A stretch of 64,000 bases of DNA from positions 26,811-90,810 of IMG/VR virus record IMGVR_UViG_3300001598_000037; one strand, written 5' to 3'. A program made the position numbers and the translations under genes. Below are positions 63,612-64,000 of this stretch, piece after piece. The notes beneath the pieces are model-generated. The model did no database searches. It had not been told where the DNA came from and saw nothing but the letters and a program-made list of their open reading frames with translations. Every line of letters begins with the position of its first letter. Position 1 is the stretch's first letter. The DNA is from a virus. Its lineage: Duplodnaviria > Caudoviricetes.

Positions 63612-63665
63612 TCTTCCGTTTCGCTACTGCTCATCGGCTACGGACTTGCACCGTAGGACGGTAGT
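63612..63665 (-). ncRNA. Type III hammerhead ribozyme
   Basis: Minus strand CCGUC^CUACGG-UGCAAGU-CCGUAG-CCGAUGA-GC-AGUA-GC-GAAA-CGG; all three stems and the core present, with U4 changed to C. Confidence 0.8.
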
Positions 63666-63696
63666 TTATAGTCATTTCGGACCTATATCTTAAAGC

Positions 63697-63891
63697 CTAA
63701 ATATGATAGGCTCCAATATATGCTCTTGGATGTTTTTTGATAAAGATATCAAATGTCTTTTCATCCATAATTTTTGGACTAAAGCTTTTTTTACCTACTC
63801 TAAATACCACATGGCATTTTTCACGTGTATTTAAAGATTTAATTTGATAATATAATTCTATAGCCTTATTCTTTGCTTTGTTTTTGTCCAT
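63697..63891 (-). CDS. Basic hypothetical protein (64 aa)
   Basis: RBS AAGGAG. Confidence 0.7.
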   Translation of the reverse strand: MDKNKAKNKAIELYYQIKSLNTREKCHVVFRVGKKSFSPKIMDEKTFDIFIKKHPRAYIGAYHI

Positions 63892-63905
63892 TGTTATTCT
63901 CCTTG

Positions 63906-64000
63906 TTATAGATTTTTTAAAGCGTTTAAACGTTTTTGAAATTTTATTTGGCTTTTAAGATTTTTTAGAGAAACTGTTGTTTCAGACAATGTTTGTTTTA
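63906..64000 (-). CDS. 3' end of a gene running off the window edge
   Basis: Open frame KQTLSETTVSLKNLKSQIKFQKRLNALKNL* followed by an RBS. Confidence 0.55.
   Translation of the reverse strand, partial: KQTLSETTVSLKNLKSQIKFQKRLNALKNL

Noticed and set aside
1-64000. Genome-wide stop-codon reassignment (TAG or TAA to Gln), prompted by the in-frame stops
   Set aside because: TAA, TAG and TGA all end well-conserved genes at expected lengths, often fused to the next RBS; only two internal stops were seen and there is no suppressor tRNA
1-64000. Diversity-generating retroelement or retron
   Set aside because: No reverse transcriptase motifs and no template/variable repeat pair noticed

Overview
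This 64-kb window comes from a large, AT-rich tailed phage, probably infecting a low-GC Firmicute or Mollicute (perfect TTGACA-17-TATAAT promoters, GGAGG ribosome-binding sites, standard genetic code). It has three parts. (1) 1-3.9 kb is the end of a structural/tail module. (2) 4-36.3 kb (+ strand) is an SPbeta-like replication module: SSB-like protein, Sak4-like AAA ATPase, DnaB-like helicase, primase, PD-(D/E)XK nuclease, DnaE and RecD2. It also carries metabolic genes (nucleoside deoxyribosyltransferase, UraA-type permease, DUF3310, dUTPase, cysteine desulfurase, thioredoxin reductase), an HNH/NUMOD3 homing endonuclease, a papain-like protease and a ~370-nt structured non-coding RNA with an embedded tRNA-like domain. 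(3) A GC-rich, mostly non-coding convergence zone (36.3-38.6 kb) is followed by a ~25-kb minus-strand array of short, mostly acidic early-type genes sharing a stereotyped RBS cassette. That array includes small membrane peptides, a SprT protease, GP88-like, PcfJ-like, a second primase, an HD-domain protein, five ORFs each broken by a single lesion, and a type III hammerhead ribozyme. The strongest leads are RNA-level: the 28.6-29.0 kb ncRNA with its tRNA mimic, the hammerhead upstream of the HD gene, a 72-nt leader before recD2, and an antisense locus at 37.6-38.1 kb. A nucleobase uptake-and-salvage cluster directly upstream of dnaE is also notable. No integrase, reverse transcriptase, CRISPR array or canonical tRNA was seen. 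All family assignments rest on motif recognition by eye; no database searches were run.
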